NCBI GenBank assembly: GCA_964621835.1
Contig: CAZUMA010000002.1
Span: 179,584 to 243,583, forward strand
Origin: an uncultured Anaerolineales bacterium
GTDB taxonomy: Bacteria > Chloroflexota > Anaerolineae > Anaerolineales > UBA11858
Length of the DNA: 64,000 nucleotides
Reading direction: 5' to 3'
A program made the position numbers and the translations under genes. Positions 1-9,254 of the stretch are shown in pieces. How positions within the stretch are numbered: the first letter of the stretch is position 1; each line of letters starts with the position of its first letter. Below the pieces are notes generated by a model that saw only the letters and a list, made by a program, of their open reading frames with translations, ran no database searches and was not told where the DNA came from.

Positions 1-1
1 G

Positions 2-2554
2 CTGATAAAGCTCCTGGAAGACCGCCTGAATGTCGATCCGGATACAGATACAGGGGATGTTCGGGTGATCATTGTTGTCGAAGATTCCATCCGTTTTTAT
101 TCTCTTTATCTGCCTGTGCTTTATTCAGAAATCATGCGCCAGACCCAGCGGCTGATCCATGAAGGTGGGAATGATTATCATTCGCTGCTGCAGATGCGTT
201 CCAGACCCAAGATCCTACTGGCCTCCAACTATGAAGAAGCCCTGGCTGACTACAGCAGATACCGTGATCACTTGCTGGGATTGATCACCGATATCAAGTT
301 TCCCCGGGAGGGGGTGATCTCTGATACTGCTGGATTCGACCTGGTGCGCACCATTCGAAAAGATGCTCCGACCCTGCCGATCATGCTTCAGTCCAGCAGT
401 GAGAGCAACCGCATGGAAGCTGAGAGGATGAATGGTTTTTTTGTCAATAAAAACAATCGCTCGTTGATCAACGAACTGCGGACATTTATGCTGGATTACA
501 TGGGGTTTGGATCTTTCACCTTCCGCCTACCTGATGATCAAGTTGTCGGTGTTGCGGAAAACCTGTTTGAACTGCGAGATGAGCTGGAGAAAGTTCCCCT
601 GGACTCATTCGTGTATCACGCTCAAAACGACCATTTTTCAGGTTGGTTGGCAGCCCGGGGAGAATTTGCCATGGCCCGCCAGCTGAAACCCAGAAAGGTC
701 TCCGAGTTTGAGGACCAGGAGGATCTCCGACAGCTGATCATCTCCTCGGTGGAGGATATTCTCCAGGAGCGGTTAGGGATTGTGGTCGACTTTGACCGTC
801 AGACCTATCACCCTGAAACGAGGTTTATCCGTCTCAGGCCAGGGTCCCTGGGGGGCAAGGGCAGAGGGCTGGCCTTTTTGCTTTTCCTGCGCAGCGCTTA
901 CCATGCTGGTTTTAACAAGGAATTTCCTGATGTCCGGATCCAGATTCCCAGGACGGTAGTGATTGGCACAGAGGAATTTGATCAATTTATGCGGCAGAAC
1001 CAGCTCTATGAATTCGTCTTTGCGGAGAAATCAGACCGGGAGATCAAAGAGCGCTTCTTACAGGCCAGCGTGTCCCCCCACCTCCGGGATGATTTGCGGT
1101 TTATTTATCAGGATCAAAACCTTCCCCTTGCAGTGCGATCCTCCAGCTTATTTGAGGATTCCTTATTTCAACCTTTTGCAGGCGTTTTCTCAACCTACAT
1201 GCTGCCCAACTGCCATGAAGACCTTGAGGTTCGGATTGATCAGCTGGTTTCAGCAATCAAGCTAGTTTATGCGTCAACCTACCTGAAGCGGGCCCGCTCT
1301 TATGCGGAGACTTTAGGGATGTCCCTTCCTGAATCCCGGATGGCGGTGGTCATTCAGCAGGTGGTGGGAAATCAATATCAGGATCGCTACTATCCTGATT
1401 TTTCCGGCACGGCCTCCTCCTATAATTACTATCCTCTTGGAGATCATCTCCAGCCGGAGGACCGGATTGCCTATCTGGTTCTTGGGCTCGGAAAAACGGT
1501 GGTGGAAGGAGGGTTAGCACGCCGATTCAGCCCCAAAAAGCCGCAGGTCAACACATTTTCCAGCTTGAGGGAGCAGATCAACAGCAGTCAGCGAAATTAT
1601 TATGCCCTGCGGATGGATTGTCAAGCACCTATTGACCTGGAGGAAGGGGAGAACGCGTACCTGGATAGCTGTCACCTGGAGGATGCGATTGCGGATGGTA
1701 CACTGCAAAAAATTGCTGATACCTATAATCCCCGGGATGACCGGATCTCCAGCGGGTATTGGAACCCGGAAGATGGATCCCCGGTGATTACCTTCAACCA
1801 GCAGTTGAAGCTGGGGACGTTTCCGATGGCAGAGATTATCAATCGGGTCTTGAAATTAGGAGAGGAGGCGATGGGCTGTCCAGTGGAAATGGAATTTGCT
1901 GGAAATTTCCATCACGCTCCTGGTCAAAAACCCACCTTTTACCTGCTGCAGCTGCGGCCGTTTTTAGAGCATGATGATTCCCTGCTCCTGGAGGATCTGG
2001 ATGTTCCCCGGGAAGACCTGCTGGTTGTGACTGATAAAGTCTCAGGAAACCGGGTGATCAGCGATGTCCGGGATATTGTGTTTATCAAACCCTGGGATTT
2101 CAATGTCACAGAAACAATCGAGATGGTTGAGGAGATCCAACTGATTAATCAGCAGTTGGTTGAAGCTGAGCAGCCCTATCTCCTTATTGGAACCGGCCGG
2201 TGGGGGACCTGTGAGCGTCATCTTGGCATCCCTGTAGATTGGTCGGATATCAGCGGTGCGAAAGCAATTATGGAAGCTGACCTTGAGAATTTTCAGGTGG
2301 ACCACTCCCAGGGGAGCCATCTTTTTCACAACATCACCTCTGCAGGAATCCCATATTTCTACGTCCGCTATCACAACCAGTCCGCGTTTCTTGATTGGCA
2401 GTGGCTGGAAGGACTTGAAGCAATCGAGGATGCCGCCTATTTCCGGCATGTCAGGACGACTGAACCAATGCTGATCATCGCAAACAGCAAGAAGCGAAAA
2501 GGGATGATCCTCAAACCGTCTGCTGCGAGACCCCGGGACGTGGTCGTGGAATAA
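2..2554 (+). CDS. Response-regulator receiver (REC) domain fused to a PEP/pyruvate-binding (PPDK_N-type) domain protein; 5' end probably lies outside the window
   Basis: The frame is open from nt 2: LIKLLEDRLNVDPDTDTGDVR precedes the listed GTG at 65. VIIVVEDS...ILLASNYEEAL looks like a REC domain. GSLGGKGRGLAFL and LAVRSSSLFEDS...FAGVFSTY resemble nucleotide-binding motifs of PEP synthase/PPDK N-terminal domains. Confidence 0.7.
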   Translation: MIKLLEDRLNVDPDTDTGDVRVIIVVEDSIRFYSLYLPVLYSEIMRQTQRLIHEGGNDYHSLLQMRSRPKILLASNYEEALADYSRYRDHLLGLITDIKFPREGVISDTAGFDLVRTIRKDAPTLPIMLQSSSESNRMEAERMNGFFVNKNNRSLINELRTFMLDYMGFGSFTFRLPDDQVVGVAENLFELRDELEKVPLDSFVYHAQNDHFSGWLAARGEFAMARQLKPRKVSEFEDQEDLRQLIISSVEDILQERLGIVVDFDRQTYHPETRFIRLRPGSLGGKGRGLAFLLFLRSAYHAGFNKEFPDVRIQIPRTVVIGTEEFDQFMRQNQLYEFVFAEKSDREIKERFLQASVSPHLRDDLRFIYQDQNLPLAVRSSSLFEDSLFQPFAGVFSTYMLPNCHEDLEVRIDQLVSAIKLVYASTYLKRARSYAETLGMSLPESRMAVVIQQVVGNQYQDRYYPDFSGTASSYNYYPLGDHLQPEDRIAYLVLGLGKTVVEGGLARRFSPKKPQVNTFSSLREQINSSQRNYYALRMDCQAPIDLEEGENAYLDSCHLEDAIADGTLQKIADTYNPRDDRISSGYWNPEDGSPVITFNQQLKLGTFPMAEIINRVLKLGEEAMGCPVEMEFAGNFHHAPGQKPTFYLLQLRPFLEHDDSLLLEDLDVPREDLLVVTDKVSGNRVISDVRDIVFIKPWDFNVTETIEMVEEIQLINQQLVEAEQPYLLIGTGRWGTCERHLGIPVDWSDISGAKAIMEADLENFQVDHSQGSHLFHNITSAGIPYFYVRYHNQSAFLDWQWLEGLEAIEDAAYFRHVRTTEPMLIIANSKKRKGMILKPSAARPRDVVVE

Positions 2555-2626
2555 ACCTTCCTGGGTGAATCATTCTAGATTCCTATCCGGACAAGCAGCC
2601 GGGAGATGTTCCCCTTTGCGTTGTAC

Positions 2627-3700
2627 TTACCCCCCAGGTTTTTCCTGATAGTGAATTTCAAGCTGGGGAAACGGCAGTTCGATCTGCTGCTGGTTGAGCG
2701 CTTTGTAAAGTGCCGTGTTCACCCGGTCAAACATCCTCCGTGTATCCGCATAAGATTCCAACCACCAGCGCACCCGGAAAATCATTGCGGAGTCTCCAAA
2801 TTCCAGGAAGAGTGCTTCCACAGGCCGGTCTGGCAGGACGCCCTCCACACTGGAAACGGCGTCAATCATCACCTGTCGGGCTTTCTCGACCTCTGTCCCA
2901 TACCCAATCCCGAGATGGATTTGTAATCGGTACTGGTCATTTGGGTAGGCATAATTAACCACCAGGCTTTTTCCGATTTGGGAATTTGGCACCACGACCA
3001 TCCGATTATCAAGGGTGCGAATGCGGGTGCTGCGCAGTCCGATGTCCACCACATCTCCCCAGGTATCCAGATCCAGGATTTCAATCCGATCCCCGATCCG
3101 GTAGGGCTGATCCACCATGATCAGAAAACCGCTGATGGTGTCCTCGAGCGCATTTTGAGCAGCCAGCGCCACCGCCAGGGAGCCTATGCCGAGGGTTGTG
3201 ACCATAGCGGTGATATCCACATCGAAGTGGGAAAGAATGGTAATGACCCCGATCGCACTGAGCAGAATCAAGGCAATTCGCATAAAAAAGGGCAGCAGCT
3301 GCTCATCGAGATCCGTATCGGTTTTTGAGATCCGTTCGTCGCTGTACCACTGGAAGACATGGGTGATCACCCGCCAGATAAAAATAAACCCGATCAAGAA
3401 ATAGGCGATAAAAAATCCCTCTTCCAGCCAGGTGTCCCAGGTTGTTGGTAAAAAATCCAACCGCTGGAAGCCCCCTTCCAGGGCCAGGATGACCGCCAGG
3501 AAATACAGCGGGAGCCTGGCAGCATCCAGAATCGCGTTATCAAGGGTTGATTTTGTGCGCTTGGCGAGTTTTTTCAGGATGCGGTCGAGCAGAATCGAGA
3601 TGATCCACTTTCCCAGGATGAGCACAGATACAATAATGATCAGGGAGATCCCGATCTGTATCCATTGATCCGTTGTCATTCCCCAAAAGTTTGCATTCAT
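2627..3700 (-). CDS. Small-conductance mechanosensitive channel, MscS family
   Basis: N-terminal TM helices are followed by the MscS beta-domain signature GDRIEILDLDTWGDVVDIGLRSTRIRTLDNRMVVVPNSQIGKSLVVNYAYP. Confidence 0.9.
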   Translation of the reverse strand: MNANFWGMTTDQWIQIGISLIIIVSVLILGKWIISILLDRILKKLAKRTKSTLDNAILDAARLPLYFLAVILALEGGFQRLDFLPTTWDTWLEEGFFIAYFLIGFIFIWRVITHVFQWYSDERISKTDTDLDEQLLPFFMRIALILLSAIGVITILSHFDVDITAMVTTLGIGSLAVALAAQNALEDTISGFLIMVDQPYRIGDRIEILDLDTWGDVVDIGLRSTRIRTLDNRMVVVPNSQIGKSLVVNYAYPNDQYRLQIHLGIGYGTEVEKARQVMIDAVSSVEGVLPDRPVEALFLEFGDSAMIFRVRWWLESYADTRRMFDRVNTALYKALNQQQIELPFPQLEIHYQEKPGG

Positions 3701-3860
3701 TGAGTTCTCCTTTGTCTGCTGAGGCAGCGTAAGCCTGTTTTGGTGACTGGATAATCCTTTTTCATCTGCGTGATCTTCCTGAAAGCACTTCTAAAAATAA
3801 AATCCCATGATCTCCATTGTGGGGCCATTAAAATCGAACGGCCCCCCCCGGGGTTTTTTC

Positions 3861-5006
3861 TCAGGAGCTCTTTTCCGGCTGGCCGGTGCCTTCTAATTCA
3901 TGCAGCCAACCGCTGATTGTCCCCGCAATACTTTTCCCGATATTCGGAAGCCCCATCAGGCCCGCTTTTCCTTTTTCCTGGTAGATCTTCAGCAGGTTAT
4001 CTTCCATCTCATCCACCGTCCAGGCTGCTTTGCGATAGGCCCAGATGGTATACTGCTTGGCATTCTCCAATTCCAGGTCGTAGGTGCGTAAAAATAATTT
4101 CTCAGCGATCTTTTTATTGATCGCGCAGGGACCTGGAGGAACGTAGCGAGGCAGGCGGTCGAGCATTCCATGCTTCTCACAAATTTCTCGAATTAATAAG
4201 CCCAGCCTGGCGGCTTCCTCTTGTGGCGGGCTGTACTCGGGTTTGCCATCCTCCGGCCAGCGGTACAGTTTTCGAAGCTGCTCACCCAGCGCGCCATCCA
4301 GCCGCTGATAGGCAGCCAGCGTTCGCTGTGCCTGTACCCCATCCATGGTCAGCCCTCCCCCAAGCAGGAACCGCCCTCCATAATCCCTGGTTGCCTTGAC
4401 GACATCCTCAAGCTGTCCTGGATGATCCCCAACCAGGGGAAGCACTGGCATCAATCCGGTCCCGACTGTGATGCCCGCACCAGCCAGCTCCTCCATCAGC
4501 TCCAAGCGCTGCTTGATCCCGGGGCTCCGGGGTTCAAAAACGCGCTTTAATGCTGGATCCAGGCTGCTGATGCTGATCACCACCCCCACCCAGCTCTGCT
4601 GGTTGATCTCGATCAGCAGGTCCAGATCCCGGATCAGCAGGGGAGACCGTTCCACGATAAAAAGGGGGAAATCAAGCTCCAGAATGATCTCCAGCATTCC
4701 GCGGGAGAGCCGGTAGCGGTCCTCCGCGGGCTGCTGCCAATCCCCGGCAGCAATGATCTGTTTTTTTCTTCCAAATAACTCTCCCCGCAGCAGCTCAACT
4801 GCGTTGACCTTCACCTTGATGTGGCTGTCAAACAATGCCGGATTACGTTTGCCTGAATAACGGCCTCGGCAGTAGCAGAATTCGCAACCGCTCTGGCAGC
4901 CAATGTAAGGGTGGGCAGAATATTTCCCCCAGAACCAGGGGCCATCAACGTGCTTATGCACGTTGAGGATTTTTTTTGCGTGATATTCCTCAAAAGTCAG
5001 TTTCAT
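3861..5006 (-). CDS. Radical SAM protein (SplB / DNA-repair-photolyase-like group) with a C-terminal helix-hairpin-helix
   Basis: CxxxCxxC motif GCQSGCEFCYC. C-terminal HhH-like LPNIGKSIAGTI. I place the start at the ATG at 5006 (MKLTFEEYH), which overlaps the upstream stop as TGATG. The listed start at 5204 would run through the upstream gene. Confidence 0.8.
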   Translation of the reverse strand: MKLTFEEYHAKKILNVHKHVDGPWFWGKYSAHPYIGCQSGCEFCYCRGRYSGKRNPALFDSHIKVKVNAVELLRGELFGRKKQIIAAGDWQQPAEDRYRLSRGMLEIILELDFPLFIVERSPLLIRDLDLLIEINQQSWVGVVISISSLDPALKRVFEPRSPGIKQRLELMEELAGAGITVGTGLMPVLPLVGDHPGQLEDVVKATRDYGGRFLLGGGLTMDGVQAQRTLAAYQRLDGALGEQLRKLYRWPEDGKPEYSPPQEEAARLGLLIREICEKHGMLDRLPRYVPPGPCAINKKIAEKLFLRTYDLELENAKQYTIWAYRKAAWTVDEMEDNLLKIYQEKGKAGLMGLPNIGKSIAGTISGWLHELEGTGQPEKSS

Positions 5007-5743
5007 CAGGCAGCTGCTGTGACGAGGACTTTTTGTTCTGGACTCAGGTAGGTGAGCGCTTTTCGAAGCATCAGGGCCCTGTAGCGGCAGTCCCTGGGGA
5101 GGATGTCCGTTTTCAACCAGCTCGTCAGGATGCCCGGATAATACTTCCCGATGGTTTTCAATCCCCAACCCACCCCCTTGACCGCCGGCATTTCCCATTC
5201 CCAAAACATTGGCGCCAGCAGCTCCAGGAGCGAGGCTGCCTGGTCATCAAACCCGTTCTTTCCCCGGGTGCGCTTTGCCCAGAAATGAACAGCGACCCCA
5301 ACAGTCCTTCTCACCCACATGCTGGCATCCTCGCGCCATGGGCGCAGCTTATCCAGGGCAGGGTGAAAAGTTGACAGGAGTGCCGGTCCAGGCACCCGTT
5401 CACCAAGGATATCAGCTCCATACCAGATATCCGCATCGATGATAAACTGCCGAGCACACTCCATCGCCCCGGGCAGATCATCAGACAGCTGAACCTCCAG
5501 AGCCTTCCCGATCACCACCCACCCGCCTTCAGTTTGATGGTCCGCGATGGTGTTGAGAAACTGGTTGACCTGTTTTTGTGGGCCAGTCCCCAGGGTCTCC
5601 CCGATTAGACCGAGTTTTGGAAAGGGGGTGCGCTCAGCCAGGACAGGCGCCAGCAGGGAGTAGGCGGATTGGACATCCCCCTGTTGAAGATTCTTTTTAA
5701 TCGATTCTCCAAGTTCTCTGGCCCGCGTCGAGGTGATCTTCAT
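5006..5743 (-). CDS. All-alpha HEAT/ARM-like repeat protein; weak resemblance to the DNA alkylation repair (AlkD-like) family
   Basis: 245-aa ORF with a strong RBS (AAAGGAGG) upstream of the ATG at 5743. DASMWVRRTVGVAVHFW and VKGVGWGLKTIGKYYPGILTSWL recall AlkD-type repeats. The family assignment is unverified. Confidence 0.5.
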   Translation of the reverse strand: MKITSTRARELGESIKKNLQQGDVQSAYSLLAPVLAERTPFPKLGLIGETLGTGPQKQVNQFLNTIADHQTEGGWVVIGKALEVQLSDDLPGAMECARQFIIDADIWYGADILGERVPGPALLSTFHPALDKLRPWREDASMWVRRTVGVAVHFWAKRTRGKNGFDDQAASLLELLAPMFWEWEMPAVKGVGWGLKTIGKYYPGILTSWLKTDILPRDCRYRALMLRKALTYLSPEQKVLVTAAA

Positions 5744-6206
5744 CGATGCCTCCTTTGGGAAGATGTCCTTAACACTTCCAGGGAACTGGACATTTCCCCG
5801 ATCTGAGGGCTGATGGGTTCCCTTTTTGAGTATATCAAAAAGGATCGATTATCCCGGTCCTGCCAGCTGGCAACTCACCAGGGGCATGGAGTCCCGGGAG
5901 CAGACCTACCAGCTTGGAGGTGTCAGGATGGATGAAAGGCCATCCCGATTATCTAGAAGCCAATTATCCTGCCTGAACGTTGGGTAGGATCACGCTTTCT
6001 TCGTATGCATACGGAATGCAATCTGCCAGAAAACTGCCATCCTGCTCATACCTCCCAAATCAGGCAGCATCCCTATCTGGTTTAGGCGATCGGTCGATAA
6101 GACAACAGGTTCAGGTTCACCAAAACGAAAGCAGCTGGAACAGAATCACTGCCGCAGTCCCTGAATTTGGATTGAATCTCTTCTGGGATCGGAAGAGACC
6201 AAAATA

Positions 6207-6443
6207 TTATCTTATTCTCCCTTGAGTGAAATGTAGAGAAAGAAAAGACCCGGCCCAGCCAGGAACAAAAAGTATGGCCCCCGGGGAATGGATCCAGAGA
6301 ACGCAAAATTCGGCAGGTAAAAACGGATCATTCCACCTAAGGTCAGGATCCCACCAGACAATTCCCGGCACCAGCCCCAGCCAGGTCAGGCAAAAAGCGG
6401 CCATCAGCAAAGTCTCCTGCAGGGTCATACTCAGGGGCAGCAT
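6207..6443 (-). CDS. Possible small two-TM membrane protein
   Basis: This is the C-terminal part of the listed 6207..6686 ORF, starting at MLPLSMTLQ. It has two hydrophobic stretches. There is no family recognition and the region also carries a plus-strand ORF. Confidence 0.25.
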   Translation of the reverse strand: MLPLSMTLQETLLMAAFCLTWLGLVPGIVWWDPDLRWNDPFLPAEFCVLWIHSPGAILFVPGWAGSFLSLHFTQGRIR

Positions 6444-6598
6444 CAGTCCCTCCCAGGTCCCTTCATCAATAAAAAATCCAGGGTTACCGCCGCTGCCAAG
6501 CTTGCATATCCCCGGACGATCCACAGCAGCTTCCGGAGGGATTCCGGGGCCAGGGCTGAGGGGGAAATTACCGGGTGTTCCGGGGAGATCGTGGGAAG

Positions 6599-7120
6599 TT
6601 AGCCTTTTGTTTTCTCTTTGATCTGGAACAGGGCGGTTGAGGCCTGACCTCCTGGGCAATCCTCGCGAATGGCACATTCTGGACAAATCCAGTGGAGGTA
6701 TCCTGCTGCGTAGCCCAGCGCGATCAGGATATACCCCAGCAGAAAAAAAATACTCAATTGATACAGAAAATAAAGCGGGAAGAGAATGACTCCGAAAAAT
6801 GCAATCTCAGCGGCTGTGATGCCGATTGGAAAAAGCCACCTGGGAAGGGTTTTATGGAAGTAGAGCCGGGCAATCCAGCTGGCCGGCAGGCAGAATCCTG
6901 CCGCACAGGGGGAAAAATGCCCCACATAGGGGCACTGGAATTCCACGCAAGCGGTGCTTTGACCGAGGGCGACAACCAGGAATAAAAGGAGATAGATCAT
7001 CAGAACCCCCCGGCCGAAACCGGCGAGGATGAACGCGACCCCACCATACAGGAGCAGCATGGGGGCTGTCATGATCCAGTACAAACGCATCCGGGGGTAA
7101 GGAAGACAGTTTTCATTCAT
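6599..7120 (-). CDS. Cysteine-rich polytopic membrane protein, unknown function
   Basis: 173 aa and mostly hydrophobic. Two Cys clusters: CVEFQCPYVGHFSPCAAGFC and HWICPECAIREDCPGG. Confidence 0.6.
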   Translation of the reverse strand: MNENCLPYPRMRLYWIMTAPMLLLYGGVAFILAGFGRGVLMIYLLLFLVVALGQSTACVEFQCPYVGHFSPCAAGFCLPASWIARLYFHKTLPRWLFPIGITAAEIAFFGVILFPLYFLYQLSIFFLLGYILIALGYAAGYLHWICPECAIREDCPGGQASTALFQIKEKTKG

Positions 7121-7334
7121 GATGGTTATCCTGGATGTCTGAAAGTTCTCCCAGTTAGTCCTATAGACTGAGGTATTTTTATTTAGAGTTCAGAGACCTG
7201 CCAAGGACAAGAATCCAGCCCTTTTCCCTGGATTTGTCATGGTTGCATTGTAACAACAAGTAGACAAAGGATTCAGAACAGCCTTTCGAACAAGACGAGG
7301 AGAGCATATGGCGCCTTTCCGCAGCATTTGCGAT

Positions 7335-7768
7335 GATTGTTTCAAGCTGTTTTCACCTGTGCCAGTGGAGGAGACATCGCTGCCAGTTGACCACACGGGC
7401 GGCAGGGGCCCCTGATCTGATCAGGTAATAACATACCACGAGGAGCAGCAGGACGTTGTAAATGATCCCTCCCACCTCGTACGGATGGAGAAGGTCCGTT
7501 CCCAAAAAATTCCCCCCATTAAAAAGACAATCACCCCGGTAAAGGCTGCTTCAAGGGCGGATTCAAAGAAACCTCCGGTCAGCAGGATGGCAGTGTAATC
7601 CCCCAGTACAGATTCCTGCAAGATCCCGTAAGCAGCCAGAAGCGCGGCACCCAGGCCGATACTTAAGGCAAGTCCGCGACGGCAGCGGCGCATCCGGGTA
7701 AGCTGGTTTTCAACAAGCTCCAAAAAGAGGGTCCCTCCGATTAAAGTGATCGTAACAAAAGGCAGCCA
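7335..7768. repeat. Direct repeat, copy A (~430 bp), covering most of gene 7421..7810 plus ~85 bp of its 3' flank
   Basis: By eye it aligns base-for-base over most positions with 10484..10916 in the same orientation (for example ...caagctgtttt...ccagtggaggagac.tcgctgccag...). Percent identity was not computed. Confidence 0.85.
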
Positions 7769-7810
7769 GCTGACAAACACACCTGGGAGATCTACCAGGC
7801 TTCGCTTCAT
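7421..7810 (-). CDS. Small polytopic membrane protein (intact copy of the duplicated gene)
   Basis: 129-aa hydrophobic ORF. A paralogous degraded copy lies at 10588..10916. Confidence 0.6.
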   Translation of the reverse strand: MKRSLVDLPGVFVSWLPFVTITLIGGTLFLELVENQLTRMRRCRRGLALSIGLGAALLAAYGILQESVLGDYTAILLTGGFFESALEAAFTGVIVFLMGGIFWERTFSIRTRWEGSFTTSCCSSWYVIT

Positions 7811-8463
7811 AGATCATCTGGGAGGCAGAGCAGTACCTAACCTTTGGTGCTGCCGAGGCGAATATTTAGGAAGCAGCCCGCCAAGGTTTTATGACTATCC
7901 ACTTAATGAAACCAAGGGGTCTCCGTAAGGAATTGACCGCACTGTACAGGTTGCGCTTACTGAGGCTGGCTGGGGGGGGAGATGGCCTGGATAGGAATTC
8001 CCCAGCAGACCCAGGATGCCTATTGAGGGGGATTCTGACACGGTCACCGGCATCAAAGTCACTCCGGCTTTTGCCGCCCTGCTGGCCTTCTAACTTGGAC
8101 TATGCGTGGGCATATATCCAATTTTCCGGTTACAGGTAGAGGGTTAAAGGCCTGCTAACCAAATTGCTTGGTGTCGGTCTCCCTAGCCGTTTCCTACATC
8201 TTCCTGTCACCCGGTCTTCCAATCTCCCCGTTCCCTTGTTTCCTGGTCTCCTTGTCCGCCGGCAGATGTGTTGCGATATTTTTTCTACCAAACGACAAAG
8301 ACCCCGGTAGCTAACATGGATAAAGCGAAGCTCTCAAAAAGCCCGGTTTTTGGTTCGACTCCTTTCCGGGGTGTCTTGCATAGGCATATCCTTGATAACT
8401 CTTGATTAAGGGGGGGGGTGCGATTGGGAGGTTAATAGTGGTTATGGGTCAAAGAATGGTAAG

Positions 8464-9123
8464 TTACCGTCTAATCTTTATCCAAGTTTGATTGCCAAAA
8501 TTGTATTCCTTTCCCCTGATTTCTTCAGCAAACAACCCCCTTTTTTTACATTCGTTTTGAATCCATCTAAAACTGTGACAGATGGTTCCGGGTTTGTTTG
8601 ATTTATGACTTCTGCCAACCCATTCCCTACCCTTATAATCATTATCAAATATATTTGGTCTTCTGTAAGATGTAAGGAATATTCCATTCTTTGTTTTGTA
8701 ATCTACAAAACCATCAAGCATGATTTGAATTTGATGTTTTGAAGCGTGCGTCCAGATTGAGCGTGCTACAAAGTAGTTGAACTTCTCTCCAAATACAGAA
8801 AAATCGAAATCGGCATTATTACTAAATAAAGGTTTCTTTAAGCTCATATGTCCAGGTTCAACCAGGATACTAATCCCGGCTTCAAGCATATCTTTGTTAG
8901 GCTCAATGCCGAAGTAGCAACCATTATTCAAAAAGTGGATAAGCCAATATCCCCCGCGTAAGCATCCACATCCAATATCTAATACTTTAGAACCAGGGTA
9001 TAAGCCTTCACTTATTAGCGTAATCAATTGTTTGCGCCCGGCTGTTTCGAAAAATCGGGGGGGGCCACCCAGGAAAACACCTTTTTCCTCAAGTTTTGAA
9101 GCTCGTTCTATAAGTGAATCCAT
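8464..9123 (-). CDS. Class I SAM-dependent methyltransferase
   Basis: SAM-binding motif I, KVLDIGCGCLRGG, followed by an acidic motif II region (FGIEPNKDML). The DNA is visibly AT-rich relative to its flanks. Confidence 0.8.
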   Translation of the reverse strand: MDSLIERASKLEEKGVFLGGPPRFFETAGRKQLITLISEGLYPGSKVLDIGCGCLRGGYWLIHFLNNGCYFGIEPNKDMLEAGISILVEPGHMSLKKPLFSNNADFDFSVFGEKFNYFVARSIWTHASKHQIQIMLDGFVDYKTKNGIFLTSYRRPNIFDNDYKGREWVGRSHKSNKPGTICHSFRWIQNECKKRGLFAEEIRGKEYNFGNQTWIKIRR

Positions 9124-9254
9124 GGATATTTCCTTTCTGAATATTTATCAAATGCGTGGGAAAATCCGATACTATAAGTTGATAACTGGTGTCATAAAAT
9201 TTGATAACGGAAGCTTTTTTCTGTAATTTCGATCAAATGCATCCAGTGAACCAG

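Noticed and set aside
5007-5204. N-terminal extension of the radical SAM ORF (MGMGNAGGQGGGLG...). Similar extensions occur at 42964..43020, 52961..53155, 57587..57718, 33125..33187, 37043..37093 and 46086..46214.
   Set aside because: All of these overlap the 3' end of the upstream gene or noncoding DNA. They have non-protein-like composition and are followed by an internal ATG with a Shine-Dalgarno-like sequence where family similarity begins.
5860-6013. Two perfect 12-bp palindromes in the 460-bp noncoding region: TGCCAGCTGGCA at 5860-5871 and CGTATGCATACG at 6002-6013.
   Set aside because: They are short, unrelated to each other and not repeated elsewhere in the window. They cannot be distinguished from chance or assigned to a regulator without comparative data.
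7839-7888. SRP-RNA-like motif: GGUGCUG...GGAAGCAGCC...CCAAGG in a hairpin.
   Set aside because: The apical helix with a GNRA tetraloop and the conserved symmetric and asymmetric loops cannot be formed. The helix does not extend into the long hairpin expected for 4.5S/SRP RNA.
8352-8362. tRNA T-loop-like GGTTCGACTCC in the ORF-free part of the insertion zone (a possible tRNA-derived att remnant).
   Set aside because: No T-stem, acceptor stem or other cloverleaf element can be paired around it. An 11-nt match can occur by chance.
8410-8418. A run of nine G residues, with similar G/C runs at 7972-7979 and 3843-3850, considered as possible phase-variation tracts.
   Set aside because: None lies within a coding region or between -35 and -10 elements of a recognisable promoter, so no switch mechanism can be supported.
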